Below are positions 7,936 to 19,199 of a stretch of 41,795 nucleotides of DNA, piece after piece. The notes beneath the pieces were generated by a model. It did no database searches and had not been told where the DNA came from. It worked only from the letters and a program-made list of their open reading frames with translations. The DNA is taken from assembly GCA_024278215.1 (NCBI GenBank), contig JAJRTR010000201.1, positions 1-41,795 on the forward strand, in the 5' to 3' direction. Origin of the DNA: a bacterium (GTDB lineage: Bacteria; UBP15; UBA6099; JAJRTR01). How positions within the stretch are numbered: the first letter of the stretch is position 1; every line of letters begins with the position of its first letter. The position numbers and the translations under genes were made by a program.

Positions 7936-9528
7936 ATGGAAATTGCTAAAAAGAGAATGTCTGAACTGCTGCTCGCAGTGCTTGCAGTGTGGCTGAGGGC
8001 GCCCGGAATAGGGAAAGTGATACTTACGGACCCGGAAGCGCGTATTATTTTTCTTGCAAACGAATCGTGGAGTCGGATATTCTCACTTTTCAGGATCGGC
8101 GCTGAGAAATATTTCGGCACTTCTTTTCCACACGTACTTTTCGTGAAATTGTGGATGACGATATCTGATTCAATACTGTGGTTTCGGCTGCCTGCGCTCG
8201 TTTTCGGTCTGGGCGTTATTGTGCTCACATATATGATCGCGCAAAAACTGTTCGGCACATGGGCAGCGCGCGCGGCGGCGCTCATGATGGTTGTTTCCCC
8301 ATATCACATAATGATGTGCAGATCGGGCACATCGACAGCAGCGGCAATGTTCCTGCTTGCAGTGGCGATCTACACACTGTGGCTGATTTTCGAGGGCAGG
8401 GCGGGTATATTCGACGTTACGGCTTTTGCATTTTCGCTACTTGTTCTCGCTTCCTCGCACTACTTCATACTGCTTTTTATTCTCCCTGCAAATGTGCTTG
8501 TTCTTGGGTTCGGGCGCAAGCGCAAAGAGTGTCTATCGTGGTGGATACCGCTTAATATCGCACTGCTTGTATTGTGCGCTTTCTGGTGGACCCGATGGGT
8601 GGGCGGACCGCTGCTCCCGTCGCACATGTCGACTATTACAAGTGACTTCGTAACTGAAAAGATATTGCCCGGCAAGGATGTGCTGAACCTCAAGTTCAGA
8701 TTTTTGTTCATCGAAAAATATGTAGGGATACTCATGCAGCTTGGCGGGTTCTTCTCAGCCGGCAGGTTGCTGAATGGCTGGAGTGTGCTGGCTGCGCTTT
8801 TTGTATTCTTTTTGTATCAGTACATGCCTTTTGCCGGATTTCGTGAATATGAGGACGGATACCGGCCGCGCTTGTTTGAGTTTATGCTACTCGCGGCATT
8901 TATTGCGGCGGGCGCGGCGCTGAGTTTCACGGCGCAGCCGCCGTGGACTTATCTCATGCCCGCCACGTTGATTTTTTATGCAGTATGCGGCAACGGGCTT
9001 GTGCGTGTGGCAGGCTGGCGCACAAGGGCGTTCTTCCTGGTTACAATTCTCACCGTTTTGTTCGGATGTGTGCCGACCACGCGAATCGCGGAGGGGAACA
9101 GGCCCGACTGGCCCCGGGCCGCGGAAGTTATCAAGGAGAAAAACAACATCAACGCACCGGTTGTTTTCATCGACGGCTGGAAGTCGATTCCCTTTTCTCT
9201 TTATGCGCCGGACCTGATCGGACGTACCGAAAACCTCTTCCCAAACTTCGATATGAAAATGCTCGAACCAGGCAGAATGAGACAGGATGCCCTGCTCCCG
9301 CTTCTTCACGGAACGATCGACTCCTATCCGCCGTATGCCCTGAAGAACATCGCCGAGAAATACAAATATATGTGGGTTGTGCGCAAAGATGTCGAGGGCG
9401 AACCGACGAGTTCAAAGCATGTTCATGAATACAAAATGTGGCTGAATGGAAATCCGGTCGAACTCCAGCGGGAAGCGCTCGGCGGAGGTTTTAACCTCAT
9501 ACTTTACTCGACGCAAACATCGAAATGA
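7936..9528 (+). CDS. PMT/ArnT-like (GT39/GT83) membrane glycosyltransferase
   Basis: 'WFRLPALVFGLGVIVLTY..AQKLFG..AARAAALM..VSPYHI' and 'RPDWPRAA' are typical of PMT_2-like proteins; many TM helices. Confidence 0.7.
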   Translation: MEIAKKRMSELLLAVLAVWLRAPGIGKVILTDPEARIIFLANESWSRIFSLFRIGAEKYFGTSFPHVLFVKLWMTISDSILWFRLPALVFGLGVIVLTYMIAQKLFGTWAARAAALMMVVSPYHIMMCRSGTSTAAAMFLLAVAIYTLWLIFEGRAGIFDVTAFAFSLLVLASSHYFILLFILPANVLVLGFGRKRKECLSWWIPLNIALLVLCAFWWTRWVGGPLLPSHMSTITSDFVTEKILPGKDVLNLKFRFLFIEKYVGILMQLGGFFSAGRLLNGWSVLAALFVFFLYQYMPFAGFREYEDGYRPRLFEFMLLAAFIAAGAALSFTAQPPWTYLMPATLIFYAVCGNGLVRVAGWRTRAFFLVTILTVLFGCVPTTRIAEGNRPDWPRAAEVIKEKNNINAPVVFIDGWKSIPFSLYAPDLIGRTENLFPNFDMKMLEPGRMRQDALLPLLHGTIDSYPPYALKNIAEKYKYMWVVRKDVEGEPTSSKHVHEYKMWLNGNPVELQREALGGGFNLILYSTQTSK

Positions 9529-9665
9529 TGTCAGTTGTTAAGTGGCCGAATGAAAAGCCTGCTCCTGCCGGGGGATGGCTGGGAACTTCCTGTTTCTTTT
9601 CACTTGCCGCGCCTTTATTACAGGCATTCTCCCGGTTATTGGCCAGCATTGGTGAAAGATGCGGG

Positions 9666-12600
9666 CTATTTCTTTAATCCGAGTTTTCTGGCAGCAAGGG
9701 CGTCACGCATGTAATGATTTATCGGAAAGGTGGAGAAGGAGCTTCCACCCGATTCCTTGTAGCCCTGAAGCGACATGAGCAGCGCCCAGGCAGTGTCCGG
9801 CGATGTCATGCAGGGGATGTCGAGTTCGACAGTCGCGCGTCTGATCCGCTGTCCGTCTTTTTCCGCCTCGATGTCGGGAGTCAGTGTGTTTAGAAGTATG
9901 TCGGTATCGCCCGAGTAAATCATATCGAGGATATCCGGATGCCCCTGGCCGATTTTATGCACGACATTTGACTTGACGCCGTTTTTATTAAGGAATGCCG
10001 CCGTGCCCTGAGTTGCTGTGAAGTGGTAACCTATGTCGCGGAACCCCCTGATTAAATCCAGGACTTCCTCTTTGTCCTTATCGGCGATCGTCACGAGCAT
10101 GTGTCCCTTTTCGGGGATTTTTACACCGGCGGCGATAAGAGCCTTATAGAGTGCGCGGTCATAGGAATAGTCGATTCCCAGAACCTCGCCTGTCGATTTC
10201 ATTTCCGGCCCGAGGCTTACGTCGACATCGAGCATTTTAGCGAATGAGAACACAGGCGCTTTCACAGCGATATGGCGCGCCGAGCGCGGCAGCCCGGTGG
10301 GCAGGCCCTGTTTCTTTATGCCCTGTCCGAACATACATTTTGTCGCTGTTTTTACCATCGGTATACCGGTGATTTTCGACAGGTACGGCACCGTGCGGCT
10401 CGCCCGCGGATTTACTTCGATAACGTAAACGTCTTCGCCGCGAACAACATACTGAATGTTCATCAGGCCGATGACCTTCAGCCCCTTCGACAGCCTTTCC
10501 GTGTAATCGACGAGTTTCCTGATTGTTGTGCCCTTGATCGTTTGCGGCGGATACACGGCCATGCTGTCGCCGGAATGAACACCCGCGCGTTCGATGTGTT
10601 CCATAATGCCGGGGACAAGAAAATCCTTCCCGTCGCCGATAAGATCGACCTCCACTTCGCGGCCAAGCACATATTCGTCCACAAGCACGGGATGGTCGGG
10701 ATTAACAAGCATCGCCGTCTCGAAATATTTTTCGAGTTGATCCCTCTCGTAAACTATTTCCATTGCGCGACCGCCCAGCACGAACGACGGCCGCACCAGC
10801 ACCGGGTACCCGATGTCGTCGGCTGTCACTACAGCTTCTGCAACCGAAACCACAGCCCTGCCGTGCGGCCTGGGAATATCGAGTTTATTGAGCAGGTCGT
10901 CGAAGCGGCCCCGGTCCTCAGCGAGATCGATACCGTCGAAGCCGGTGCCCATTATCTTCACGCCTTCATTGTGCAGCGGCCCGGCGAGGTTGATCGCCGT
11001 CTGGCCGCCGAACTGCACGATCACGCCGTCCGCTTCTTCCTCTTCGAGAATATGCGTGACGTCTTCCTTTGTCAGCGGTTCGAAATAGAGCCTGTCGGCA
11101 GTGTCGAAGTCCGTGCTGACAGTTTCGGGATTGTTGTTTATGATAATCGAGTCGATGCCGAGTTCTTTGAGCGCGAACACGGAGTGGACACTACAGTAGT
11201 CGAACTCGATGCCCTGTCCGATACGTATGGGACCGGCTCCGAGGACGGCGATTTTTTTCTTCGAACTTTTCTTAACTTCGGAAGTCTTTTCGTAGGCCGA
11301 ATAATAGTACGGCGTTTCCGCCTCGAACTCTCCGGCGCATGTGTCGACCATTTTAAAGACCGGCCTGATGCCGAGTCCCTTCCGCTTGAGTTCGACTTCC
11401 TTTTCCGTGCAGCCGAGAAGCCTTGCGATATACATATCGCTGAAACCGGCGTCTTTGTATGTATAAAGGTTATCTTTATAAAGGTTGTCGATTCCACCGA
11501 GGCCCTGCATTTCCTTTTCGAGCCTGACAAGCCGCCTTATCTTTTCGAGGAACCAGTTGTCGATCATTGTGAGGTTATGAACTTCGCCCAGTGGCATTTC
11601 CTGTCTGAACGCCTCCATCACATAAAACAGACGTTCGTCGTTGGGTGTCGTGAGTTTATCTTCAAGTTCCATAGGCCCCACGAGGCCCAGATTCTTGTCT
11701 TTTATTGTCATGTCTGTGCAGCCGATTTCAAGTGATCTTATCGCCTTGAGCAGAGATGACTCGAAATTTCTGCCTATCGCCATCACTTCGCCCGTGGCTT
11801 TCATCTGAGTGCCGAGAGAGCGGTCGGCGAAGTCGAATTTGTCGAACGGCCAGCGCGGGATTTTCATCACGACATAGTCGAGCGCGGGCTCGAACGACGC
11901 ATAGGTTTTCTGCGTTACGGGATTTTTTATTTCATCGAGCGTAAGCCCCACGGCGATCTTCGAGGCGATTTTGGCGATGGGGTAGCCGGTCGCTTTCGAC
12001 GCGAGAGCCGACGATCTGCTCACGCGCGGGTTTACCTCGATCACATAATACTCCATGCTGTTCGGGTTCATCGAATACTGCACATTGCAACCGCCTTCGA
12101 TACCGAGCGCGCTGATGATGTCGAGCGATGCGGTGCGCAGAAGCTGGTATTCTTTATCCGTCAGAGTCTGGCTGGGCGCGACAACGATGCTGTCGCCTGT
12201 GTGAACCCCCATCGGGTCGATGTTTTCCATATTGCAGACGATGAAGCAATTATCCGAGCTGTCGCGCATCACTTCGTATTCGATCTCGCGCCAGCCGAGC
12301 ACGCAGGGCTCGATCAGCGCCTGGCCGATCATGCTCATTTTAAGCCCTTTGCGGAGCGTCTCTTCGAGGTGTGAGCGGTCTTTTGCGATACCGCCGCCTG
12401 TGCCGCCGAGCGTGAATGCGGGCCTGACAATTACAGGGTATCCGATCTCGTCGGCGAACTCCAATCCTGCTTCAATGTCGGTTATAATCGCGCTTTCGAG
12501 CATCGGCTGGTTTATGTCCGCCATCAGCGCGCCGAAAAGTTCGCGGTCTTCGGCTGCCTTGATCGTATCGAGCGGAGTGCCCAGAAGTTCGACCCCGAAC

Positions 12601-12929
12601 TCGTCGAGTATGCCCGCGTCGGCAAGCTCGACCGCCATGTTTAGACCGGTCTGGCCGCCTAGCGTAGGCAGAAGTCCGTCGGGCATTTCCTTCTGTATTA
12701 TTGTGCGGATAAAATCCGCGCTGATCGGTTCAATATAAACGACGTCAGCGATGTCGGTATCTGTCATTATCGTCGCCGGGTTGCTGTTCACGAGTATGAC
12801 TTCTATACCCTCTTCCCGCAGCGATTTGCACGCCTGGGTTCCGGCATAATCAAATTCAGCAGCCTGACCGATTATTATCGGCCCAGAGCCGATCACCATT
12901 ACACGTTTGATGTCCTTCTTCCGCGACAT
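9666..12929 (-). CDS. carB: Carbamoyl-phosphate synthase large subunit
   Basis: [15 protein letters not shown], duplicated ATP-grasp halves, [11 protein letters not shown]-terminal MGS domain. Confidence 0.99.
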   Translation of the reverse strand: MSRKKDIKRVMVIGSGPIIIGQAAEFDYAGTQACKSLREEGIEVILVNSNPATIMTDTDIADVVYIEPISADFIRTIIQKEMPDGLLPTLGGQTGLNMAVELADAGILDEFGVELLGTPLDTIKAAEDRELFGALMADINQPMLESAIITDIEAGLEFADEIGYPVIVRPAFTLGGTGGGIAKDRSHLEETLRKGLKMSMIGQALIEPCVLGWREIEYEVMRDSSDNCFIVCNMENIDPMGVHTGDSIVVAPSQTLTDKEYQLLRTASLDIISALGIEGGCNVQYSMNPNSMEYYVIEVNPRVSRSSALASKATGYPIAKIASKIAVGLTLDEIKNPVTQKTYASFEPALDYVVMKIPRWPFDKFDFADRSLGTQMKATGEVMAIGRNFESSLLKAIRSLEIGCTDMTIKDKNLGLVGPMELEDKLTTPNDERLFYVMEAFRQEMPLGEVHNLTMIDNWFLEKIRRLVRLEKEMQGLGGIDNLYKDNLYTYKDAGFSDMYIARLLGCTEKEVELKRKGLGIRPVFKMVDTCAGEFEAETPYYYSAYEKTSEVKKSSKKKIAVLGAGPIRIGQGIEFDYCSVHSVFALKELGIDSIIINNNPETVSTDFDTADRLYFEPLTKEDVTHILEEEEADGVIVQFGGQTAINLAGPLHNEGVKIMGTGFDGIDLAEDRGRFDDLLNKLDIPRPHGRAVVSVAEAVVTADDIGYPVLVRPSFVLGGRAMEIVYERDQLEKYFETAMLVNPDHPVLVDEYVLGREVEVDLIGDGKDFLVPGIMEHIERAGVHSGDSMAVYPPQTIKGTTIRKLVDYTERLSKGLKVIGLMNIQYVVRGEDVYVIEVNPRASRTVPYLSKITGIPMVKTATKCMFGQGIKKQGLPTGLPRSARHIAVKAPVFSFAKMLDVDVSLGPEMKSTGEVLGIDYSYDRALYKALIAAGVKIPEKGHMLVTIADKDKEEVLDLIRGFRDIGYHFTATQGTAAFLNKNGVKSNVVHKIGQGHPDILDMIYSGDTDILLNTLTPDIEAEKDGQRIRRATVELDIPCMTSPDTAWALLMSLQGYKESGGSSFSTFPINHYMRDALAARKLGLKK

Positions 12930-12991
12930 TATTTCTACCTGTTTCCTTTTAGTGTTCTTATTTCAGCCTCGATCAGAAGCTTGTCCCATGT

Positions 12992-14137
12992 TCAATTCTT
13001 CTCATGCCAATCGTCAACCATTTCGAGATATTCGTCGAACAGATACCGCGAATCCATCGGGCCGGGCGAAGCCTCGGGGTGGAACTGCACGGAGATCATC
13101 GGGTAATCCCTGTGCGCGACGCCCTCTACAGTCCCGTCGTTCACATTGAAATGCGAAATCCTGAGTCCCAGTTCATCGAGCCCCTTACTGTTGACCGCGT
13201 AGCCGTGATTCTGGCTGGTGACGACAACCCGGTTCCTTTGCGCGTCCTTCACAGGCTGGTTCGCGCCGCGATGCCCGAATTTCAATTTATATGTGCTAGC
13301 GCCCATCGCGAGCGAAGCGAGCTGGTGGCCGAGACATACGCACAACAGGGGAACTTTCCCGAGTAATTCCTTTATCGTTTCGACAACATACATCGAATCT
13401 TTCGGGTCGCCGGGGCCGTTGCTGAGCATTATCCCATCCGGCTTTCTCGCCAGTATCGACTCCGCCGTTTCCTGCGCCGGTACAATCGTCACTCTGCACC
13501 CGCGCCGCACCAGCGACTTGGGAATATTCATCTTCGTTCCTACATCCACCAGCACGATGTGGAACGGCCACTTCATTTTCGGATAATCGCGGTGATCTTC
13601 CTTCGGGTCAGGCTCGAACTCGAATTCGTAAGCTTCTTTTGTCGTGACTTCTGCGACGAGGTCCTGCCCGGATATTTCAGGTGACTGCCTCACCTTTTCG
13701 AGCAGTTCTTTCGCGCCGTATACTGTGGATATGCCGCAGCGCATCGCACCTTCTGTGCGGATGTGGCAGGTCAGGTCGCGCGTGTCCACGCCGCTGATGC
13801 CGACAATATTGTTGCGTTCGAGAAACTCCGCGAGCGTATATCTGTTTCGCCAGCTATTGGGTACGGGGCACAGTTCGCGCACGATCACACCGCGCAGGAA
13901 CGGACGCCTGGACTCGAGGTCCATGTCCGTCGCGCCGTAGTTGCCGATGAGCGGATATGTGAGCATCACAACCTGTCCCGCATACGAAGGGTCTGTATAA
14001 ATCTCCTGGTAGCCGGTCATGCTCGTATTGAAAACAATCTCGCCGAAGGCCGTCCCCTCGCTGCCGATGGACACTCCCTCGACAATTGTTCCGTCCTCGA
14101 TGACGAGAACGGCGTTTTTCTTTTTATATTCCGACAT
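12992..14137 (-). CDS. carA: Carbamoyl-phosphate synthase small subunit
   Basis: GEIVFNTSMTGYQE, SNGPGDP, CLGHQ, QFHPEASPGP. Confidence 0.99.
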   Translation of the reverse strand: MSEYKKKNAVLVIEDGTIVEGVSIGSEGTAFGEIVFNTSMTGYQEIYTDPSYAGQVVMLTYPLIGNYGATDMDLESRRPFLRGVIVRELCPVPNSWRNRYTLAEFLERNNIVGISGVDTRDLTCHIRTEGAMRCGISTVYGAKELLEKVRQSPEISGQDLVAEVTTKEAYEFEFEPDPKEDHRDYPKMKWPFHIVLVDVGTKMNIPKSLVRRGCRVTIVPAQETAESILARKPDGIMLSNGPGDPKDSMYVVETIKELLGKVPLLCVCLGHQLASLAMGASTYKLKFGHRGANQPVKDAQRNRVVVTSQNHGYAVNSKGLDELGLRISHFNVNDGTVEGVAHRDYPMISVQFHPEASPGPMDSRYLFDEYLEMVDDWHEKN

Positions 14138-15429
14138 TACTCCACTACTCCGTTTTTCGCAATGATCTTACCGCCGGCGATAGTATATTTGACCTTTCCG
14201 CCGACTTCCCAGCCCGCGTAAGGACAGTTGCGCCCAAGTGAATAAAAAATGTTCGGGTCTATCGTCCACATTACATCGGGATCGACAACTGTTATATCCG
14301 CCGGAGCGCCCACTTCCAGCCGCCCCGCGTCGAGTCCCAGCACATCCGCCGGACCGATGGTAAGTTTGGCGACAAGCTGCTCCAATGTCAATATCCCCGT
14401 CCTGACAAGCCGTGTTATCAGCACGGCGAGACTCGTTTCAAGCCCGATCATCCCGAACGGCGCTTCGATATACGAGCTTTCTTTTTCGTGTACCGCGTGA
14501 GGTGCGTGATCTGAAGCAATTGCGTCGATAACACCCTCTTGCAGTCCTTTTATAACGGCGTCCACATGCCGTTGCGGTCGGAGCGGAGGGTTCACCTTCG
14601 TGTTTGTGTCGAAGCCCATCACCGCGTCGTCCGTCATCGTGAGGTGGTGCGGCGTGACATCACACGTCACTTTCAGACCTTTCGCTTTCGCGCGCCGCAC
14701 GTAATCCAGTGACGATTCGGTGCTTAAGTGCGTGATATGCACACGGCTGCCGGTGAGCTCCGCAAGCTCGATGTCGCGCGCGACAATTACGGATTCCGCC
14801 TGTGCGGGAATGCCCGGCATACCGATCGTCGTTGCGACGAGTCCCTCGTGCATCACGCCGGCCCCGGCCAGCTCCGGCGATTCCGCATGTACCATGAACG
14901 GAATATCGAACATTTTTATGTATTCGAGTACGCGACGCATCAATGAAGCGTCGGCTATTGATTTTCCGTCGTCCGTTACAGCGACAATGCCTTCAGCGAC
15001 CATATCGCCGATTTCGGCCATGTCGCGGCCTTCGAGCCCCTTCGAGGCCGCGCCTGCAACGTACAGGTTGCCAAGTCCCGCCGCACCGGCCCGCTCTTTT
15101 ATGAACCTGACCGTAGACCTTGTATCAACCACAGGACTGGTGTTCGGCATACACACAATGGTTGTAAAGCCGCCCGCCGCCGCCGCCTTCAGTCCCGTGT
15201 CGATGTTCTCCTTATACTCGTAGCCCGGTTCGCGCAGATGCACGTGCATATCTACCAGACCCGGCATCACCTTAAGCCCCGACACGTCGATAATTAAGGC
15301 GTCCTCTTCATCTGTTTCGATATCCTGGCCGATATTCTCTATAAAGCCTTCTTCATTAATCAGGATATCCGCAACTCCGGAGAGCCCGCCGGAAGGGTCT
15401 ATTATGTCTCCACCCTTAAGCAACATCAT
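14137..15429 (-). CDS. pyrC: Dihydroorotase
   Basis: DMHVHLREPG, MPNT, KVNPPLR, ASDHAPH. Confidence 0.98.
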   Translation of the reverse strand: MMLLKGGDIIDPSGGLSGVADILINEEGFIENIGQDIETDEEDALIIDVSGLKVMPGLVDMHVHLREPGYEYKENIDTGLKAAAAGGFTTIVCMPNTSPVVDTRSTVRFIKERAGAAGLGNLYVAGAASKGLEGRDMAEIGDMVAEGIVAVTDDGKSIADASLMRRVLEYIKMFDIPFMVHAESPELAGAGVMHEGLVATTIGMPGIPAQAESVIVARDIELAELTGSRVHITHLSTESSLDYVRRAKAKGLKVTCDVTPHHLTMTDDAVMGFDTNTKVNPPLRPQRHVDAVIKGLQEGVIDAIASDHAPHAVHEKESSYIEAPFGMIGLETSLAVLITRLVRTGILTLEQLVAKLTIGPADVLGLDAGRLEVGAPADITVVDPDVMWTIDPNIFYSLGRNCPYAGWEVGGKVKYTIAGGKIIAKNGVVE

Positions 15430-16447
15430 GCCGTCCAGCCCCCTCCCTGCTGATCAAATAGAGAATAGCCATCCTCACAACCACCCCGTTGCGCACCTGC
15501 TCCTCGATATATGTATCCATACCGTCCGCCACGTCGTGTGATATCTCGACACCTCTGTTGATCGGCCCCGGGTGCATCACCATCACTTCCTTGCTGAACT
15601 GTTCGAGCCGCTTCGCGTTTACTCCGAAAAACTGCGCATACTCGCGCAGCGACGGAAAGAAACTCTGTTCGAGCCGCTCCATCTGTATCCGCAGAAGGTA
15701 CAGAATATCCGTGTACTCCATCACTTCCTCAATGTGGTAATGCACTTTCACGCCGAGTTTTTCGAGGCAGGCAGGCACGAGGGTCGGCGGCGCGACGATG
15801 TGAACATGCGCGCCCATTTTTGTCAGCGCATAAATGTTCGAGCGTGCCACCCTGCTGTGTGTTATATCCCCCATGATCGTTACATGAAGGTCTTTCAACG
15901 AGCCCATCTTTCTGCGGATCGTGAACAGATCGAGCAGAGATTGAGTCGGGTGTTCGCCCCAGCCGTCGCCCGCGTTTATCACTTTAAAATCGCCCTGTTT
16001 CGATATGAGTTCGGGAACACCGGGGTGCGAATGTCTCACGATGATGATGTTTGCGCCGAGCGATTTGAGTGTCAGCGCCGTATCCTTTATTGATTCGCCC
16101 TTGACCGCGCTGCTCACCTTTGTCGCGATATTAACAACATCCGCGCTGAGCGTCTTCGCGGCCAGCTCGAATGATGTGCGTGTGCGCGTGCTCGGCTCGA
16201 AAAAAAGGTTGACGACGATCTTGCCCCTCAGCGCCGGTACTTTCCTGATCGGCCTGTCGAGAATTTCATAGAACGACTCGGCCTGATCGAGGATCCTCAC
16301 AATATCCTCTTTGTCGAGCGTCCTGATACGGATCAAATCCTTGTCCATTATATGATCCCCACCCCTCGATTTTTCAGTTCCCGCTTCCACCGAACGGTCT
16401 TTAATCGCCGGAGTTGTTTTTATATATTCCCCTGTTGTTGCACTCAT
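15416..16447 (-). CDS. pyrB: Aspartate carbamoyltransferase catalytic subunit
   Basis: FFEPSTRTRTSFE, HPTQSLLD, HPGPINRGVEI; alternative start at 16348. Confidence 0.98.
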   Translation of the reverse strand: MSATTGEYIKTTPAIKDRSVEAGTEKSRGGDHIMDKDLIRIRTLDKEDIVRILDQAESFYEILDRPIRKVPALRGKIVVNLFFEPSTRTRTSFELAAKTLSADVVNIATKVSSAVKGESIKDTALTLKSLGANIIIVRHSHPGVPELISKQGDFKVINAGDGWGEHPTQSLLDLFTIRRKMGSLKDLHVTIMGDITHSRVARSNIYALTKMGAHVHIVAPPTLVPACLEKLGVKVHYHIEEVMEYTDILYLLRIQMERLEQSFFPSLREYAQFFGVNAKRLEQFSKEVMVMHPGPINRGVEISHDVADGMDTYIEEQVRNGVVVRMAILYLISREGAGRHDVA

Positions 16448-16514
16448 TTGTTGAAATCGCCTCCCCGGAGCCGTCAGACGCCGAACTCAGTGGAATAAAA
16501 CATCGACCGCATTA

Positions 16515-17090
<576 letters not shown>

Positions 17091-17126
17091 TCACTCCCTC
17101 TCCTTTGCACGCACTGCTGCGCATAT

Positions 17127-17147
17127 AAAAAAAACCGGCAAAGCCGG
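17127..17147 (-). terminator. Second terminator-like hairpin in the pyr leader
   Basis: Minus strand CCGGC-TTT-GCCGG-TTTTTTTT, about 42 nt upstream of the pyrR start. Confidence 0.55.
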
Positions 17148-17342
17148 CTGTGTATCAATTCAATTGTACGATCCCCTCAGGCTGCTCGGAATCGCCCGAA
17201 AACACACATTTTTCTTTGTTCTGATCTATCGTCTGTCCCACGCGCAAACTTGCCTTTGCATGTTCCGCAGACCCGGATGTCTCGATCCGAACATCACAAT
17301 TATTTGAAAACTGGAAATTATCTGTTAATTCCGACCCGTGAC

Positions 17343-17366
17343 AAAAAAAAACTTCCCCATGGGAAG
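17343..17366 (-). terminator. Attenuator terminator of the pyr leader
   Basis: Minus strand CTTCCC-ATG-GGGAAG followed by T9, downstream of the PyrR binding loop. Confidence 0.75.
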
Positions 17367-17408
17367 CCGTGCTCTCATTACGTTTCTGTACAATCGCCAT
17401 CTTTACCG

Positions 17409-17438
17409 CCTTCCCGGCATCACAGTACCGGATTAAAG
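17409..17438 (-). promoter_or_regulatory. PyrR RNA binding loop
   Basis: CTTTAATCCGGTA-CTGTGA-TGCCGGGAAGG: CUUUAA, a CNGNGA hexaloop and a GAAGG closing strand, upstream of pyrR. Confidence 0.8.
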
Positions 17439-17446
17439 TTGATTTG

Positions 17447-17474
17447 ATAATAACCTTTTATCGTCGAAAGTCAA
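17447..17474 (-). promoter_or_regulatory. Putative pyr operon promoter
   Basis: Minus strand TTGACT, 16-bp spacer, TATTAT, just upstream of the PyrR loop. Confidence 0.55.
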
Positions 17475-17721
17475 GTGCGACTATAAAATAGGGCGTGCGT
17501 CATAAAAGTGGGTTAAAAACAACCACATTTTTAATGTGCGAAAAACAGAGACTGGTAACGCTGCTTTTTGCGGCACCTGTCCCGCTTTTCGCAAACCCAC
17601 TTTTGTGTCGCACACCCTGAAAATACAAAATCTGTTTTTGCAGCACACTACAAAATTTTGCAATTGCCTCTATTGTAGATATAATGTTGTCAATTATTTT
17701 TTATTGCCAGGGAGCCTGATA

Positions 17722-17967
17722 ATGTCCGAAACAAAAAATGGTGAACACTCCGGCCACTTCCTAACAAAGCTCGATCTTAATAATGCGCTTGCGCAATATT
17801 TCCGCACTCTGTTCAGAGTGGGTGACAGAACGCGGGAGTTGCGCGACAAAGCTCTCGACAGCGTTGGGCTTGCGACCAGAGACAGTCTTCGCGGCACAGT
17901 TGAAGAACTGGACCGGCTGCATGGCCTGATAGCAGAACTGGAACGCAACAACAACGGCAGTGAATAG
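17722..17967 (+). CDS. Small hypothetical helical/coiled-coil protein
   Basis: 81 aa from ATG 17722 with a GGGAG RBS; TTGCAA-16-TATAAT upstream (17658-17685); C-terminal 'VGLATRDSL...LDRLHGLIAELE'. Confidence 0.55.
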   Translation: MSETKNGEHSGHFLTKLDLNNALAQYFRTLFRVGDRTRELRDKALDSVGLATRDSLRGTVEELDRLHGLIAELERNNNGSE

Positions 17968-18119
17968 CCGGATATCACCGAAACCGACTTTTTTTTGCAT
18001 TCCATAATTTCATCTTACATCAGGATTCCTTTTTTTGTGCTCCCAATCACAATTGAGAATGCAAAATACAAGTCCATTTTTTATCCACATCATGGATTGC
18101 CAATATCGCAAGGGGTGAA

Positions 18120-19166
18120 ATGGCAAAGGAAAGAAAAAAGGTTTTTATCATTGCGGAGGCAGGATCGAACTGGAGAGCGGGCGCTCCGCGGCGCGACCTG
18201 CGGCAGGCGAAAGCGCTCATCGAAGTGGCCGCCGCCGCGGGTGCCGACGCCGTGAAATTCCAGACATACAGGGCCGAAACCGTTTATGTTCCCAATGCTG
18301 GTGACTCAGATTACCTTTCCGAATCCGGGATGAAGGAATCAATTACGGATATTTTCGATGACCTTTCGATGCCGTACGAAATGATCCCCGAACTCGCTCG
18401 CTACTGCAAGGAATGCGGACTGGAATTTATGTCCACGCCTTTCTCGATACCCGATGCCTAAGCGGTTGATCCTTATGTCGAAACCCACAAAATCGCTTCC
18501 TATGAAATCAGTCACATCAGGCTGATAGAATATTTTGCGAAGACGGGCAAGCCGCTTATCATGTCGACAGGCGGCGCAAACCACGATGATATCCGGTGGG
18601 CGATAGACCACTTCAGGTCTAACGGCGGAAAAGATATAACACTTATGCAGTGTACTGCAAAGTATCCCGCGCCGCTTTCGATGCTCAACCTGCTTGCGAT
18701 AAAGGACCTCGCAACAAGATACGGCGTGCCGACGGGACTTTCGGATCACAGCCGCGACCCTGTGACCGGCCCGGCGGGCGCTGTTGCGCTTGGCGCTTCG
18801 GCGATAGAAAAACATTTCACTCTGCATAACATGCTGCCGGGTCCCGACCATGCCTTCGCCGTTACTCCGGACGAACTGAAATTGATGGTTGCCGCAATCA
18901 GAAAGATGGAGGAAGCGCTCGGCGTCGCGGACAAGGAGGTTCTCGACGAAGAACTCGAACTCCGGCGTTACGCACAGCGGACAATACAGGCGACTTGCGA
19001 CATCAGAAAAGGCGACACACTTTCCGAAGGCGTGAACATCGACATTTTGAGGCCCGGAAAACAGGCGAGGGGACTTCACCCGCGTTTTCTGAACGACATC
19101 GAAGGCAAACGCGCCGCACGCGACATTCCGCTCGGCGACGGCGTCTGTGACGGCGACTACGAATAG
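18120..19166 (+). pseudogene. NeuB/PseI/SpsE-family nonulosonic acid synthase with a C-terminal SAF domain, split by an in-frame TAA at 18459-18461
   Basis: FIIAEAGSN, GADAVKFQTY, then STPFSIPDA*AVDPYVETHKIASYE...KPLIMSTG, GLSDHS, IEKHFTL, GPDH; both ORFs are in the same frame. Confidence 0.9.
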
Positions 19167-19199
19167 TAATGCAAGCGCTTGTCGGATACAGATTGCTTC

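Noticed and set aside
10272-11735. Long antisense ORFs (also 3472..4455, 20369..21250, 27270..28394)
   Set aside because: These are shadow frames of carB, asd, pckG and ackA caused by codon bias; they carry no motifs.
17225-17265. c-di-GMP-I riboswitch-like words (AAAGGCAA...TGGGAC) in the pyr leader
   Set aside because: It lacks the GNRA-capped stem and the following GCAAAG/P3 elements.
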